From Macrostomum lignano (taxonomy: Eukaryota), in assembly GCA_002269645.1 (NCBI GenBank), contig NIVC01001813.1, positions 170,559 through 234,558 of the forward strand: a stretch of DNA of 64,000 nucleotides, written 5' to 3'. This document shows positions 39,811 through 50,427 of this stretch, one piece after another. How positions within the stretch are numbered: position 1 is the first letter of the stretch; each line of letters starts with the position of its first letter. A program made the translations under genes and the position numbers. The notes below the pieces were generated by a model. That model saw only the letters and a list, made by a program, of their open reading frames with translations, did not search any database and was not told the DNA's origin.

Positions 39811-42795
39811 TTGTCGGCCTCCGTCATGGATCCTGCCTGCCGGCTAGCAAACGGCTGTCCTCCGGTCGATCCCCGTCGGTGCGGCGACCTCGTCGTGGCT
39901 GTCTGGGAGGAGCGTCTTCGTGGTGATCCGGACGAGAATTTCCTTGTCGACAGTCTTCGTGCTGGTTTTTCTTTAATCGACGACGGTTCTAAAGTGCCCG
40001 CCTTTGAGTCCGATAACTACCCGTCGGTGGAGGAGTTCAGACAGGAGGTCGAATGCCTGCTGCTTGAAGAAATTCGCAGGGGTAGAGTCGTGGTTGTGCC
40101 AGATCCGCCAAGCTTGGTGAGCCCGCTTGGGGCTATTCGCAAATCTTCTGGTGGCGTCAGACTCATTCACGACTGCTCCGTCCCCCATAATGCGTCTCTC
40201 AACGACTGTTTCACCGCCGACCGCAAGCTTCGTTTTGCGTCTGTCGAGGATTTCGTGCGTCTTCTTCGGCCAGGTCACTTCATGGCTAAAGTTGATATTG
40301 CCTCGGCGTATCGGTCCATTGCCTGCCACCCCAGCTGCTGGCCTCTTCTTGGTCTGAAGTTCAAGTTTTCCGGCGACGATCACGTTACTTACATGCAAGA
40401 CCGACGCCTTCCCATGTGTGCTGCCGGCTCTGTTCCTAGATTTCACCGTGTCTCTCAAGCCATTCATCGCTTCATGGTCAAGGACGGCTATACCGCTGTT
40501 GTCAACTATCTGGATGACTTTGCTGTCACTGCCGCTACCTACAGAGATTGCTTCAAGGCCTATGATCACCTGCTAAGTCTTCTGGAGCACCTTGGCTTCG
40601 AGGTCAACCGCAAAAAGTGCACCCCGCCTTGTCAGGACATGGTCTTCCTTGGTGTTCGTATCCAGACGGACATCGGAGTCATGTCTCTGCCTCCGGAAAA
40701 GCTGCATGAGCTGCGTCAGTTGCTCACTGACTGTCTTGCCGCTAGACAAGTCTCTGCTTCCTTCTTGCGTCGCCTCACCGGAAAGTTGAGCTGGTTTTGC
40801 CAGGTGCAGAGACAAATTCGCATGTTCCTTCGCCCCATCATCGAGTTTACCGAGAGGCTTAGTCGTGAAAATCGTCGAGTGCGCATTCGCGAGAGTTTGC
40901 GGCATCTTCTCCAATGGTGGGAATCGGCCGTCAAGTGTTACCACGATCGTCTCATCTGGCCCATCTTCTCCGACGCCTTGGCCGTGGAAACTGACGCCTG
41001 CATCAGTGGCGGCGCTGCCATTCTCAGCAGTTGCTGCTTCCGCGATTGGTTTTTCGTTGATTTTTCCTCGGACTTAGACGGCCGTTTTGCTGATCTGCAC
41101 ATCAATTACAAGGAGGCGGCTATCGCTCCTCTCACTCTGCTGCGGTTTCGTGACCAGCTTCATCAGGCCCAGGTGGTCTTCTACAGCGACAACCAAGCAG
41201 CTGTCGGCATGCTTAACCGTGGCTCTGCTAAGTGTCCCATCGTGAATGACCTTCTGATGCAGGCTGGGTTTGTCTGCATGCAGCAGCAGATCACTTTTAA
41301 GGTCTTTTACATGCCCGGTTGCCGCCAGTTCCTCGCTGACCCCGCCTCTCGTCTGCTGACGGGAGACGCTGCTCTGATTGATTTTGCCTCTCGTTTCTAC
41401 GGTCATTTGTTGATTGATCCCTCTGAATTTGCTTCGCATGCGCTGGGTCCTGCTTCCGCTTCCACCCTGTTTTTCAGGTGCCGCCTCCTTTGGGCTGCCA
41501 ATCGAGCTGCTCCCTCTGGTTCGCGCCGCCTTCGCACCGGCGACGCTGCGGTCGCTGGAAAGCAAATGGAGGACGTGGCGCGCTTTCTGCAGCGAGGCAA
41601 AGATCAACGCTCTGAAGCCGACTCCAACTCAGATTTGCCAATTCATCAACTTCCTCATGCACCATCGCTTGTCGCGACAATCGAGCCTGCAGGCATACGT
41701 CAGCTCGATCTCCACTCTGTTGCGACTCAGCGACTCTCCGGTTACGACAGACTCTGGACTCGTGCGCTTGGCTCTTCGAGGTGCGAAGCGGCTGCTGGCC
41801 GTAACGCCTGCTCGCCGCAAGGCTGCGCTGGGGCCGAGTCATCTTCTGCGACTGCGGCGCTGCCTACAGCTGCAGACCGGCCTTGGAGCTGCTCTGTGGA
41901 GCCTCATCTTAGCCGGCTGGTGGGCGATGCTGCGGGCGGCCAATCTCTGCTCTGTCAGCCGGGCAAACGTCGGCACGGCGGTGCTGATCAGCGATCTTCG
42001 GCTGGGCGTCAAGGAGGCTCGGATTTTTGTTCGCCTGTCCAAGACGAATCAATTCGGCGAGCGCCGCCATGTCGTTCTTCTGCCCTGCATCTGCAAGAGT
42101 GCGACTGCTCCGCTGTGTCCGCTTTGTGCGCTCCATCATCATTTCAGCCGGAACTCACTAGACATTGCACCTCCTTCGCAGCCTCTGTTCTCGACCCTGC
42201 AGTCAGCAGGAAGCTGGATGAGCTTAACTGCAGCGCATGTCCGGCGCGAGTTGTCCCAGCTTTTTCACCAGGCTGGCCTTCCGAGAGACCGCTTTTCAAT
42301 GCACAGCCTGCGCCGAGGCGGCGCCAGCTTTGCCAGGCGTTCAGGCATCGCGATCGAGGATATCAAAGCCATTGGCGACTGGAAGAGCGATGCGGTTCAT
42401 CTCTATGCGGGCCAGCAGCCGCAGGTGGCCAGCCGTGCTGTTTGTCGCATCGGGGCGGCGGTGAAGGCTGCGTTCTAACCGTTTGGCTGTTTAACTTTGT
42501 CGGTGCTGGCGTTAACTTCTCCGTTCTTGAAGTTTCCCCTGTGTTTTTCTTTTACTCCTGTCTCCGTTTCTGTCCGTTCTCCGGTTTGGGTTTGGAGGTT
42601 CCGTTTCGCGCCAACCCTTGTCTTGCCTCGTTCCTTTCCCCGCGGTGTAATGTTACCCTTGCCACTGTGTTGGTGGTAAGGGCGTTTATACTGCGGGGGG
42701 AGGTGGCTCGCTGGGCTGGGGCGGGTGCGTGCGGGGTTGCGTGTGCTGCGGGGGGCGGGGGTGTCGTGTGGGTGGTAGCTCGTTTTCATATTTAG
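39811..42795 (+). CDS. Reverse transcriptase/RNase H ORF2; recognisable domains end ~41400
   Basis: VRLIHDCS, KVDIASAYR, NYLDDF, FLGVRI. RH motifs ETDAC, HINYKE, YSDNQ, LADPASR. Confidence 0.9.
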   Translation: MSASVMDPACRLANGCPPVDPRRCGDLVVAVWEERLRGDPDENFLVDSLRAGFSLIDDGSKVPAFESDNYPSVEEFRQEVECLLLEEIRRGRVVVVPDPPSLVSPLGAIRKSSGGVRLIHDCSVPHNASLNDCFTADRKLRFASVEDFVRLLRPGHFMAKVDIASAYRSIACHPSCWPLLGLKFKFSGDDHVTYMQDRRLPMCAAGSVPRFHRVSQAIHRFMVKDGYTAVVNYLDDFAVTAATYRDCFKAYDHLLSLLEHLGFEVNRKKCTPPCQDMVFLGVRIQTDIGVMSLPPEKLHELRQLLTDCLAARQVSASFLRRLTGKLSWFCQVQRQIRMFLRPIIEFTERLSRENRRVRIRESLRHLLQWWESAVKCYHDRLIWPIFSDALAVETDACISGGAAILSSCCFRDWFFVDFSSDLDGRFADLHINYKEAAIAPLTLLRFRDQLHQAQVVFYSDNQAAVGMLNRGSAKCPIVNDLLMQAGFVCMQQQITFKVFYMPGCRQFLADPASRLLTGDAALIDFASRFYGHLLIDPSEFASHALGPASASTLFFRCRLLWAANRAAPSGSRRLRTGDAAVAGKQMEDVARFLQRGKDQRSEADSNSDLPIHQLPHAPSLVATIEPAGIRQLDLHSVATQRLSGYDRLWTRALGSSRCEAAAGRNACSPQGCAGAESSSATAALPTAADRPWSCSVEPHLSRLVGDAAGGQSLLCQPGKRRHGGADQRSSAGRQGGSDFCSPVQDESIRRAPPCRSSALHLQECDCSAVSALCAPSSFQPELTRHCTSFAASVLDPAVSRKLDELNCSACPARVVPAFSPGWPSERPLFNAQPAPRRRQLCQAFRHRDRGYQSHWRLEERCGSSLCGPAAAGGQPCCLSHRGGGEGCVLTVWLFNFVGAGVNFSVLEVSPVFFFYSCLRFCPFSGLGLEVPFRANPCLASFLSPRCNVTLATVLVVRAFILRGEVARWAGAGACGVACAAGGGGVVWVVARFHI
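41414..42478 (+). CDS. Tyrosine recombinase ORF3
   Basis: Catalytic set: LRAANL (R), SKTNQ (K), HSLRRGGA (H-x-x-R), GDWKSDAVHLY (W, Y). Confidence 0.92.
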   Translation: MIPLNLLRMRWVLLPLPPCFSGAASFGLPIELLPLVRAAFAPATLRSLESKWRTWRAFCSEAKINALKPTPTQICQFINFLMHHRLSRQSSLQAYVSSISTLLRLSDSPVTTDSGLVRLALRGAKRLLAVTPARRKAALGPSHLLRLRRCLQLQTGLGAALWSLILAGWWAMLRAANLCSVSRANVGTAVLISDLRLGVKEARIFVRLSKTNQFGERRHVVLLPCICKSATAPLCPLCALHHHFSRNSLDIAPPSQPLFSTLQSAGSWMSLTAAHVRRELSQLFHQAGLPRDRFSMHSLRRGGASFARRSGIAIEDIKAIGDWKSDAVHLYAGQQPQVASRAVCRIGAAVKAAF

Positions 42796-44505
42796 TCTTG
42801 TCCTCCGCTCGTACGCCGTGCGTTCGTGTTTGCTCAGATTTTTTTAGCTTTTTTTCCTCATTCGACTGTTAAATCTTTCGCAAGAAATAAATTAGTTCAT
42901 CGGCTGGCTTTTTTTCGACCAGAGGAGGTTCCGTTTCGCGCCAACCCTTGTCTTGCCTCGTTCCTTTCCCCGCGGTGTAATGTCTAGGAAATGTTTAAAT
43001 ATATGTTTTATTGAATACAATTGTTATGTAATTGTTATGTAAGTCGTTAATAAAAATTCATTTTATATAATATGTTACTAGCGATTACGTTGAACATTTG
43101 ACGAAAGGACAGCTATCTTTTCTTATGGCTTAAGCATTGCAATATTAATGCACTTCGACAGAAAATCGGATAATTGATGTACGATCCGTCCGATAAAAGT
43201 AATCCTAAATTGTTGGAATGCATGTACGGTGGTTCTTCAAAAATATTATGCAATGTCAAACTTTCACGACTACGATTTGTGTGCTTACATGTACATGCAT
43301 CTTGTACAGCTGCATGGTTACTACGAGTTCAGAGCTTCTGGTTATTATAGCGCTGTTGTCTAAATGTCATGATATGGCCAGCCTCCTCATGCCCCCATGC
43401 ACTATCCATTTGTCTGTAGCGCTGGCTACCAAAAGATAAAGATGATTGATTAAGTTGAGCGAAAGGTTAAACCTCGGCTGGGGGGCGATCGCGTCTATTT
43501 AATAAAAATAAAGTACAGTTAGTTTGGGGTGGAAACCGAAAGTTGGAGTTTGGGTCATAGACAACCTAGCTTGTGGGCACTCAAAAGAAAGTACTTTTAT
43601 TACGCAAGGACAGTGGGAAACAAGGCGCTACATGTGTTTGGCCAGAAGCCATCTTCACCAATAACTCGACCGTGCGGTAAATTCCATTGTCTGTGATTGA
43701 TGGGGAAGTCAACGAAGTGAAAAGTGCAACGACAATCAAGCTTATATAAACTGCTACAATTTCTATCCCTGTTGCTAGCTAAAGCCTATTAAAGTTGCAA
43801 GTTCAATACATTGATGTTTGATACATGAAAATAGTGTAATGTACCCCGACAATGACAGCTAGGGGTTCTGCAAATAAGTTATGAGATATATTTAGAGATT
43901 ATATGCATGTGCTGCACATGCGAACCGCGAATGCGGCGTTCTGAATAAACGATACATTTATAGATTTATTCGTCCCTGTATGGTGCCTGCGCATTGCATG
44001 CTTCGTGTACACACGGTACGTATCAATTCGATTGAACGAAGTGAGCATCTATACATTTAAAAACACGTTCGAGATTAATAAATTCTGCTGAAACAGATTC
44101 CGTTCAAACCGCTAAAAACGACTCAAAAATAGATATGATACGCACTCATACTGTACGTGCCTGTGCACATGCTAGAAAATTAACAGACGACAGCAGATTT
44201 TACGTACGATTTTATGTAGGCCACATATGTACACATGTACGTGTACAACTGTACAAATACTTTTATAGCTCGTACAAGTACAATAAAACCGCGAAAATGG
44301 ATTTATAAAAATATTTGAAGCTCTAAAACTTTTATACTCAAGATTCAGTGTGAAAAAATTACATAATCTGGACACCTCGCATGATCTGAATTAGGGCAGA
44401 TAAACTAATAAAACAATTTTCATGCAGTTTCTAAAGTAAGCTCTTCAAAGCTCTTCAAAGAAGCGGAGAGTGTGATAAGTTCAATAAGTTAGCCATTACA
44501 TGTAT

Positions 44506-47097
44506 TTATTGCTTACGGTATCGTCCAAAGAAGCTGCTGTCAGAGTTCTGCTTCTGTTGCTGCTCTTCCTGCTGCTGTTGCTGCTGCTGAACTTCTTCAT
44601 CAATTCGCAGGTTCAAGCTCTCCCTCAGCTTGGTGCAGTCCGCTTTGTACTTCTCCTTTTCTGCTCTCTCTTGGGCGAAGTCTCGCTCATAGTCTTTTAA
44701 GGTTGACTGCAGCAGATTTTTTGTATCCTCATTTTGTTTCAGCTCCTGCTGAGCCTCCTCAAGCTTCGCCTGCAGCTGGGTCAGCCTGGTCTCAAGTCTC
44801 TTGCATTCGTCGTTCTTGCGACAAATATCCTGCTGCAGCTCTCGGTCCCCCTGCTCCAGCTGGTCCAAACGGCGCTGCCGCTGTTCCAAGCACTCGCGCA
44901 TTCGTTCAGCGGTGCTGAGGGCCGAGTCTCGCTGCTGCTGCGCCTGCTGCACCTGCTCCGCGGTGGACTTGCGCTCCGAGTCCAGCGACGCGCGCAGCTG
45001 GCGGATCTGCTCGTCAGCTACCGACCGAGACTGGAAGTGGGAGGGATGGGAGAGATGTAGGACCATTTTTGTAATTAATGTTTTCCTTGATCCACTTGGG
45101 CCCATTCGTTCCCATGCTATCTTTCGAGGCATCCTTGTGCATCCAAGCTACACCAAGCCAAGTCTCAATTTATCATCACCTGCTCCGCCTCCTTTCTCTT
45201 CCATGTCTCCTCATTCATTCTTTGATAGAGCCGCTCCTCTCGCTGTTTGAGCTCGGCAACGCGACCGTCGTGCTCATCGGCCTGAGCCCTATGCCGATCC
45301 AGCAGCTCGTCAACTCTCGCTCGGTAATTATTCTCCTGCAAATGTTGCAGCAGAGAGCAATGAAGTATCTAGGACTTAACTATGCAGTTAATTGATGCTC
45401 CCTAAGAGTCCTCAGTCAAGAAGCCACCTACGCTTGTGCATGCGCATGTACTTAGAAGCCTAAGTTGTCGAAGTTAACGAACACCGTCAACCACCTTACC
45501 CTCTCCTGGCAAGCCGACAGCTCTTGCTGCTTGTCAGCAAGTTCCCTCTCGGCTGCAGACAACTTCCGCTGCTTATCTGCCAGTGAATCTTCTGCAACCG
45601 ACAGCTTCCGCCGATTATCTGCCAGTGCTTCTTCGGCGGAAGACAGCTTCCGTTGCTTATCTGCCAGTGCTTCTTCGGCAGAAGACAGCTTCTGCTGCAA
45701 ATTTGCTTCCGTCTCGGCCAGTTTTTTCTGCAGCCTTCTATCCGACTGTTCCATTTCTTCCAACTTCTTCTGAACTTCAGTCAGCGACTTTCGCAGCGCC
45801 TCCTCGGTGCTTTGTTGCGTGTCCAGCTCTCGCTGCAGCCGTTGGACCTCCTGGCTGGTGGAGGCGGCTCTATCCGATGCCTGCTTCAGCTGCTCCTTAC
45901 AGGCGCTGAGCTTGGCCGCCTTGGTGTCCGCCTCCTTCCGAGCCATGCCCAGCTCGATTGCCTGGCTTTCCTTGGCTTTGCTGTAAAAAAATTGAGATGA
46001 GTTTTAGGTGGACACTTCAGGAACGCTGCTTTAAATAATCAGACTGTAAATAAATCGATGATACGGTAGATTGTGTCAAACCGTGCATCCTCACCTCAGC
46101 AGATTTCGCTCCTCTTTCAGCTCGGCCTCTAGTTTGAGTATCCGATGTTTCAGCCTATCTGACTCGCTACTGCTCTGCTCTCGCCTGCGGGAAACGGGTG
46201 GCTCAATTTTCAGCAATGTTCCGGACATGGTCAGAAATATAGGACTTGAGTAATAAAAAATTCCCAAAAGAGCTGAGCACCCACTGCGTGTTTCGCTCGG
46301 CATTGAATTGTTCCTGCAGCTGCTCCAAGCGCAGGTTCAGCACCACGACTTTGCGATTTGCATCGGCGAGTCTTTGAAAAGGGTGTCGATATATTATGGA
46401 ACGTTTAATCGTTATAAAATATTTGATCACACATAAAACAAGAGTAAAAACAAAAATGCCCCACTCACTGCTTCTGGAGGTCATCATTCGTCGCCTTCAA
46501 CGCACGAAGCTCTTCGCTCCCGAGCGCAGCTGGAGCTCCTGCTGATGGACGCGCTTCCACTTTTGGCTCGAGCGCACTTTCACCTTGGGAAGAATCTGAC
46601 AGGAGCTCGTGCAGGAGGTCTTCGATATGTAAATCATAATCTGACTTTGTCTTTTCTAGCTGATGCTCGGCCTCAGCCAGCTTCTGATTGAGCTGCTCCA
46701 ACTCTGCCGCGTGTTTTGCCTTCAAATCGTTCTCGGACTTCAGGTTGAAAGCGCAGATGGCGTCCATCTGCTTCTTGCACGTCTGCTTCTCCGTTGCCAG
46801 CGCCTTCTCATGCTGCTCCACCAGAGCCGCGCCGTCAGCTTGGTGGGAGCTTTGAAGCTGCTCAATTTCAACTCTGTGCTTTTCCTGCTCAGCAGACAGA
46901 TCTTCTTTAAACTGAGCGCTCAATTCGTCTCTCTGCTTTTCTAGGGCCTCTGCATGCTGACGTTTGAGCTCGGCGATCTCCAGCTTCTGCTGCTCAACTA
47001 CCGCTTCTTGAGTTCGGTTTCGCTCTTCCAGCCTAGCTTTTTCTGCTTTAAAATTCTTTAGCTGAGCAGCCAACTGTTGAATTGGATTGGCAGTCAT
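44506..47097 (-). CDS. Multi-exon long coiled-coil protein of unknown identity, including 14-aa repeats LADKQRKLS(S/A)AEEA
   Basis: Heptad-rich E/K/Q/L/A open segments with GT-AG boundaries (e.g. 47097-46469, 46371-46281). No recognisable globular domain. Confidence 0.65.
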
Positions 47098-47782
47098 GGT
47101 TGTACTTGTTGAAGGGTGGTCAGGCAATCGAGTTTTATGTAGCGAGTTCGAATTCAGCTACCTGTCCTGCTCAAATATTCAGTTTTCGCTTTAAAATATT
47201 TGGTTATTTTGTAACCAATTCCCCAAACGAGAATTGAGGGACCTACAAGGCACTAAAAGCAGAGTAGCTTCGTATGCTTTTTACGTCATAAAATTTTCTG
47301 GAAATAAGGTACTGTCTCAGTATTAGCAAGCAAGCACTGCACTTCATTGGTCTGAGAGCGCGCATAAGCAAAGCCACAAGCAGTGTACTTCTTGCGCGGA
47401 GAACAGCCGAGTGTACACTGGTCCCGTCTGTTTCCAATTTAACGCACTGCTAAATGTACACACCTATAGCCGAGGACTGTACTGTTTTAGTGCCTTGTTT
47501 CTGCATTGCTGCATTGCGCGGAAAACTCACTGGTTTAAACTGGTGCCATTCTCCCTCATTTTTGATAAACAGATCTGAAGTGTAGTTCGCGGGTCGGCTA
47601 TCGATCAAACACATTTTAGTTGAATTCGGGTTGTAAAAAATAAAAAAATGGTTTTGGGAGGCAGGATGCCATACATGACTTTTTCATGAATAGATGCTGG
47701 ATATACTGAAACTGCAGCTAAGCTTGCTCTTTCTCTGAATTGAAAATTTATATAATTACTTAATTAATATACAATTAATATT

Positions 47783-48024
47783 CAGCTATTGCGCGGCGCA
47801 TCTGAAGGCTGCATACGGCTGTTCAGTCCAAGGACTGGGGGGTCGCCACACACACCTTCAATTACCCCCAGCTAATGCTGGCACCCATTTTACAGCTGTG
47901 TGAACTGAAGCAATGCAGAGTTACGTGTCTTGCTCAAGAACACAAATTGTTCCAGTGGGATCAGGAATCGAGCCACCGACTTTCAAGTCGGGAGTCCGAC
48001 GCTCTGACTACTAGGCTACAATCC
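47783..48024 (-). mobile_element. tRNA-derived SINE, same family as 30758
   Basis: Reverse-complement match through the head, core and tail. Confidence 0.85.
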
Positions 48025-48443
48025 TCTCCCCCGAACTTAGCTCTTCCCGAACCAGGGAAGCAAACCATTAGTTCGGGACCGAGAAGGAAGCCTCGAACTA
48101 AACCATTTAAATTCATCTCAGGATACCTCATCGTACTAACGCGGTCTTTGCTAGCAGACGCGCTGTTTCGTACATGATTTTTATGTCAGGAAGTAGTTCT
48201 GCCAAGCTCCACAAGTACATTTTTTTATAATTTATCAACTGACATCAACTGCGTCCACTACGCAGTTCTATTAATAGCCATTACCGGCGCGGCCTCCCCG
48301 CGGCAAGGCCGTGGAACGGCTACGGAGATTCCGGGCTAAGCGCCAACAAACAGCTGTGGCTTGGAGTGAGCCGACTCGATACTTTGCAACTGCAGCACCC
48401 TGATCACCAATCTGCCTAATCCATTCTGATGTGAACGAGAAAA

Positions 48444-50424
48444 ATGAGTGAGTAGATTCCATACTAGCTATCAAATGCTGGCAAAGTTTGGGATGCATAT
48501 ATCATCAATCTGCCTTTTAACACATCAGCATTATGCAAAACTTCGTATTAAATGCCTCAATAATAACTAAACTGAACCTTCAGCAATTTACCTGGTTGCC
48601 AATGGTAAATCGAAGAGTGACTTCAAAGACCTGCAGGATCATCTAATCAGGGAGAAGCTAACCATTAGCATTGAAAGATCGTGGCCAGAAAGTGCAGAGC
48701 AATGGATGGAGCTGCTGGAAGACGTCAAAGCCAGAGAGGACAACCTGCTGGTGTTGATCTTTAACAGAGCTCCGGACAGTGAGAGTAATTTGACCAGAAT
48801 CTGCAGCTTTGTCATGGACTTGGCAAGTTCATTCAATTGCGTTTACAATGCATATTCGTTTTGCTGTGCACAGCATCAACCCGACTGGTTGAATCAACGC
48901 TCTGCTTTTTAGTGTGTGGAACTTCGAAGCTGCAGAGTTTACCTGGTTAAACAATTCAAAGACTGTGGCAAAAATGCCTTCAAAGTGAACAGACGAGCTA
49001 GGAAAATGCTGCAGTACCTTGACCTGGAGGCTGAGAGTGGAAGCTATCTCAGATTGGTCGAAGCTATTAAAAAAGGTAAGAATTACGACTTCCTCGGAGA
49101 TTAAAATTAGGAGAAAAGGCGATATGGGAGAACGGGTTTCTATTTTCACTTGCACAGGTCCTGGCAGCTTCAGCAGTCGCGGGGAGAGCTTTGCCTGGCA
49201 GCTGGTGACCGGATTTCTCTGCCACATCCTGCCGCTCCTTTCCCAGCGGGTCAGCAGTCAGCTGGCCGATAAAGCGGGCACCGCTCTGCCGGAGGCTTTA
49301 CGAAGATTCAATGCAAAAGGCGTGGATGCCAGACGGGTTCTCGTTGTGCCAAAGTACTTTCTGCTGCTCAGCAAACCGGTTGCTTGCGGCCAGAAACAGG
49401 CGGAACTGTGCCCCGATCAGCTGTTCCCCGGCTGCCAGAAAATCAGCGACTGGTCGTCCGAGCTGGAGTTTGACAGTCCCGGATTCAAGAAGCGAATTCC
49501 GGTGTACCTGACCGAGCTGAGAGAGCCACTGCCAAGCGGACACACCCACGCCATGATCTTCTGCGGATTTGCCGCGCCCATCTTCATCATGCGGCAGCTG
49601 GAGCTCAGCAAAAATGAGCGGGGAGAAATATTTGACGACTTCGTATGCGAACTGAGTTACATTCTGAGTCACCCAAGCTCAAGCCAGCTGCTCTGTGACT
49701 TGGGTGGAGCAGCCACGGGGGCCACGGGCTCGGAGTCCTCGACAGTCAGCCTGATAGAGCTGGCCGGCACGGGCGGTGATTCCATAAGAAATGAAGTTTT
49801 GGAACGAATCGACGAGTACTTGGAGAAGCGGGACTGGGATGCTTGCGACGATTTAAGAGACGAATGGGTCCTCGTTACTTCTTTGATGAATTTATTCGTA
49901 AAATTCAGCTCATCCTTCACAACCGAAGTAAAGAGCTCTGTCCGCAACTGGCTTTCAAGACTTGGCTTCAGAACTAACGAAACTGCGGTTGACTCGCCAC
50001 TGCTTCCGAGCCAGAGAGTTCTGCTACTGCTGCATATCCAAGATCTCGAGTCAAATGACGAGCGTATGCACACCCAAATTCGGCATGCTGTTGAGAATGT
50101 AGGCAGCTCAGTTCAAGCTGAAATGTCACGTTGACAACCCAATTAGACCTTTCGCTTGGCTGATGCTCTCGAGCTTTAACTTTTCAGATGCATCGCAGTG
50201 ATTGCCAAAACATTTTCGTCATCATAGAGACAGCTCCAGGAGAGCACCAGGCTGCCTTCAAGTCCCTGCCGAACATTCTGCGGTGCCTTCCTGACAAATG
50301 CACAGCCGCGGTGACCGGCTTGAAACAGCTGAGCTCGCTGAAGTTTTCGTTCCCTGATGGAACTCAACGCCTGGCAGGGTTTAGCGATCTGATCAAAGCT
50401 TTTAGTAAGATTTTAAACTTCTAG
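48444..50424 (+). CDS. TIR-STING-TIR protein; proposed exons 48444-48447, 48584-48822 (or 48840), 48913-49075, 49158-50098, 50188-50424
   Basis: STING CBD motifs GESFAWQLVTGFLCHILPLLSQRV, RRVLVVP, GFKKRIPVYLTEL and CGFAAPIFIMRQLELSKNERGEIFDDFVCELSYIL. The flanking alpha/beta segments show TIR-like strand/helix order. Splice phases are compatible. Confidence in STING is higher than in the TIR calls. Confidence 0.78.
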
Positions 50425-50427
50425 GAA

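Larger units (their letters stand above)
38269..42983 (+). mobile_element. Ngaro-type (DIRS order) tyrosine-recombinase retrotransposon with split direct repeats A1-gag-RT/RH-YR-B1-A2-B2
   Basis: A1 38269-~38465 matches A2 42648-~42845. B1 42594-42647 matches B2 42924-42977. gag, RT/RNaseH and YR ORFs are present, with no methyltransferase domain seen after the RH. Confidence 0.93.
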
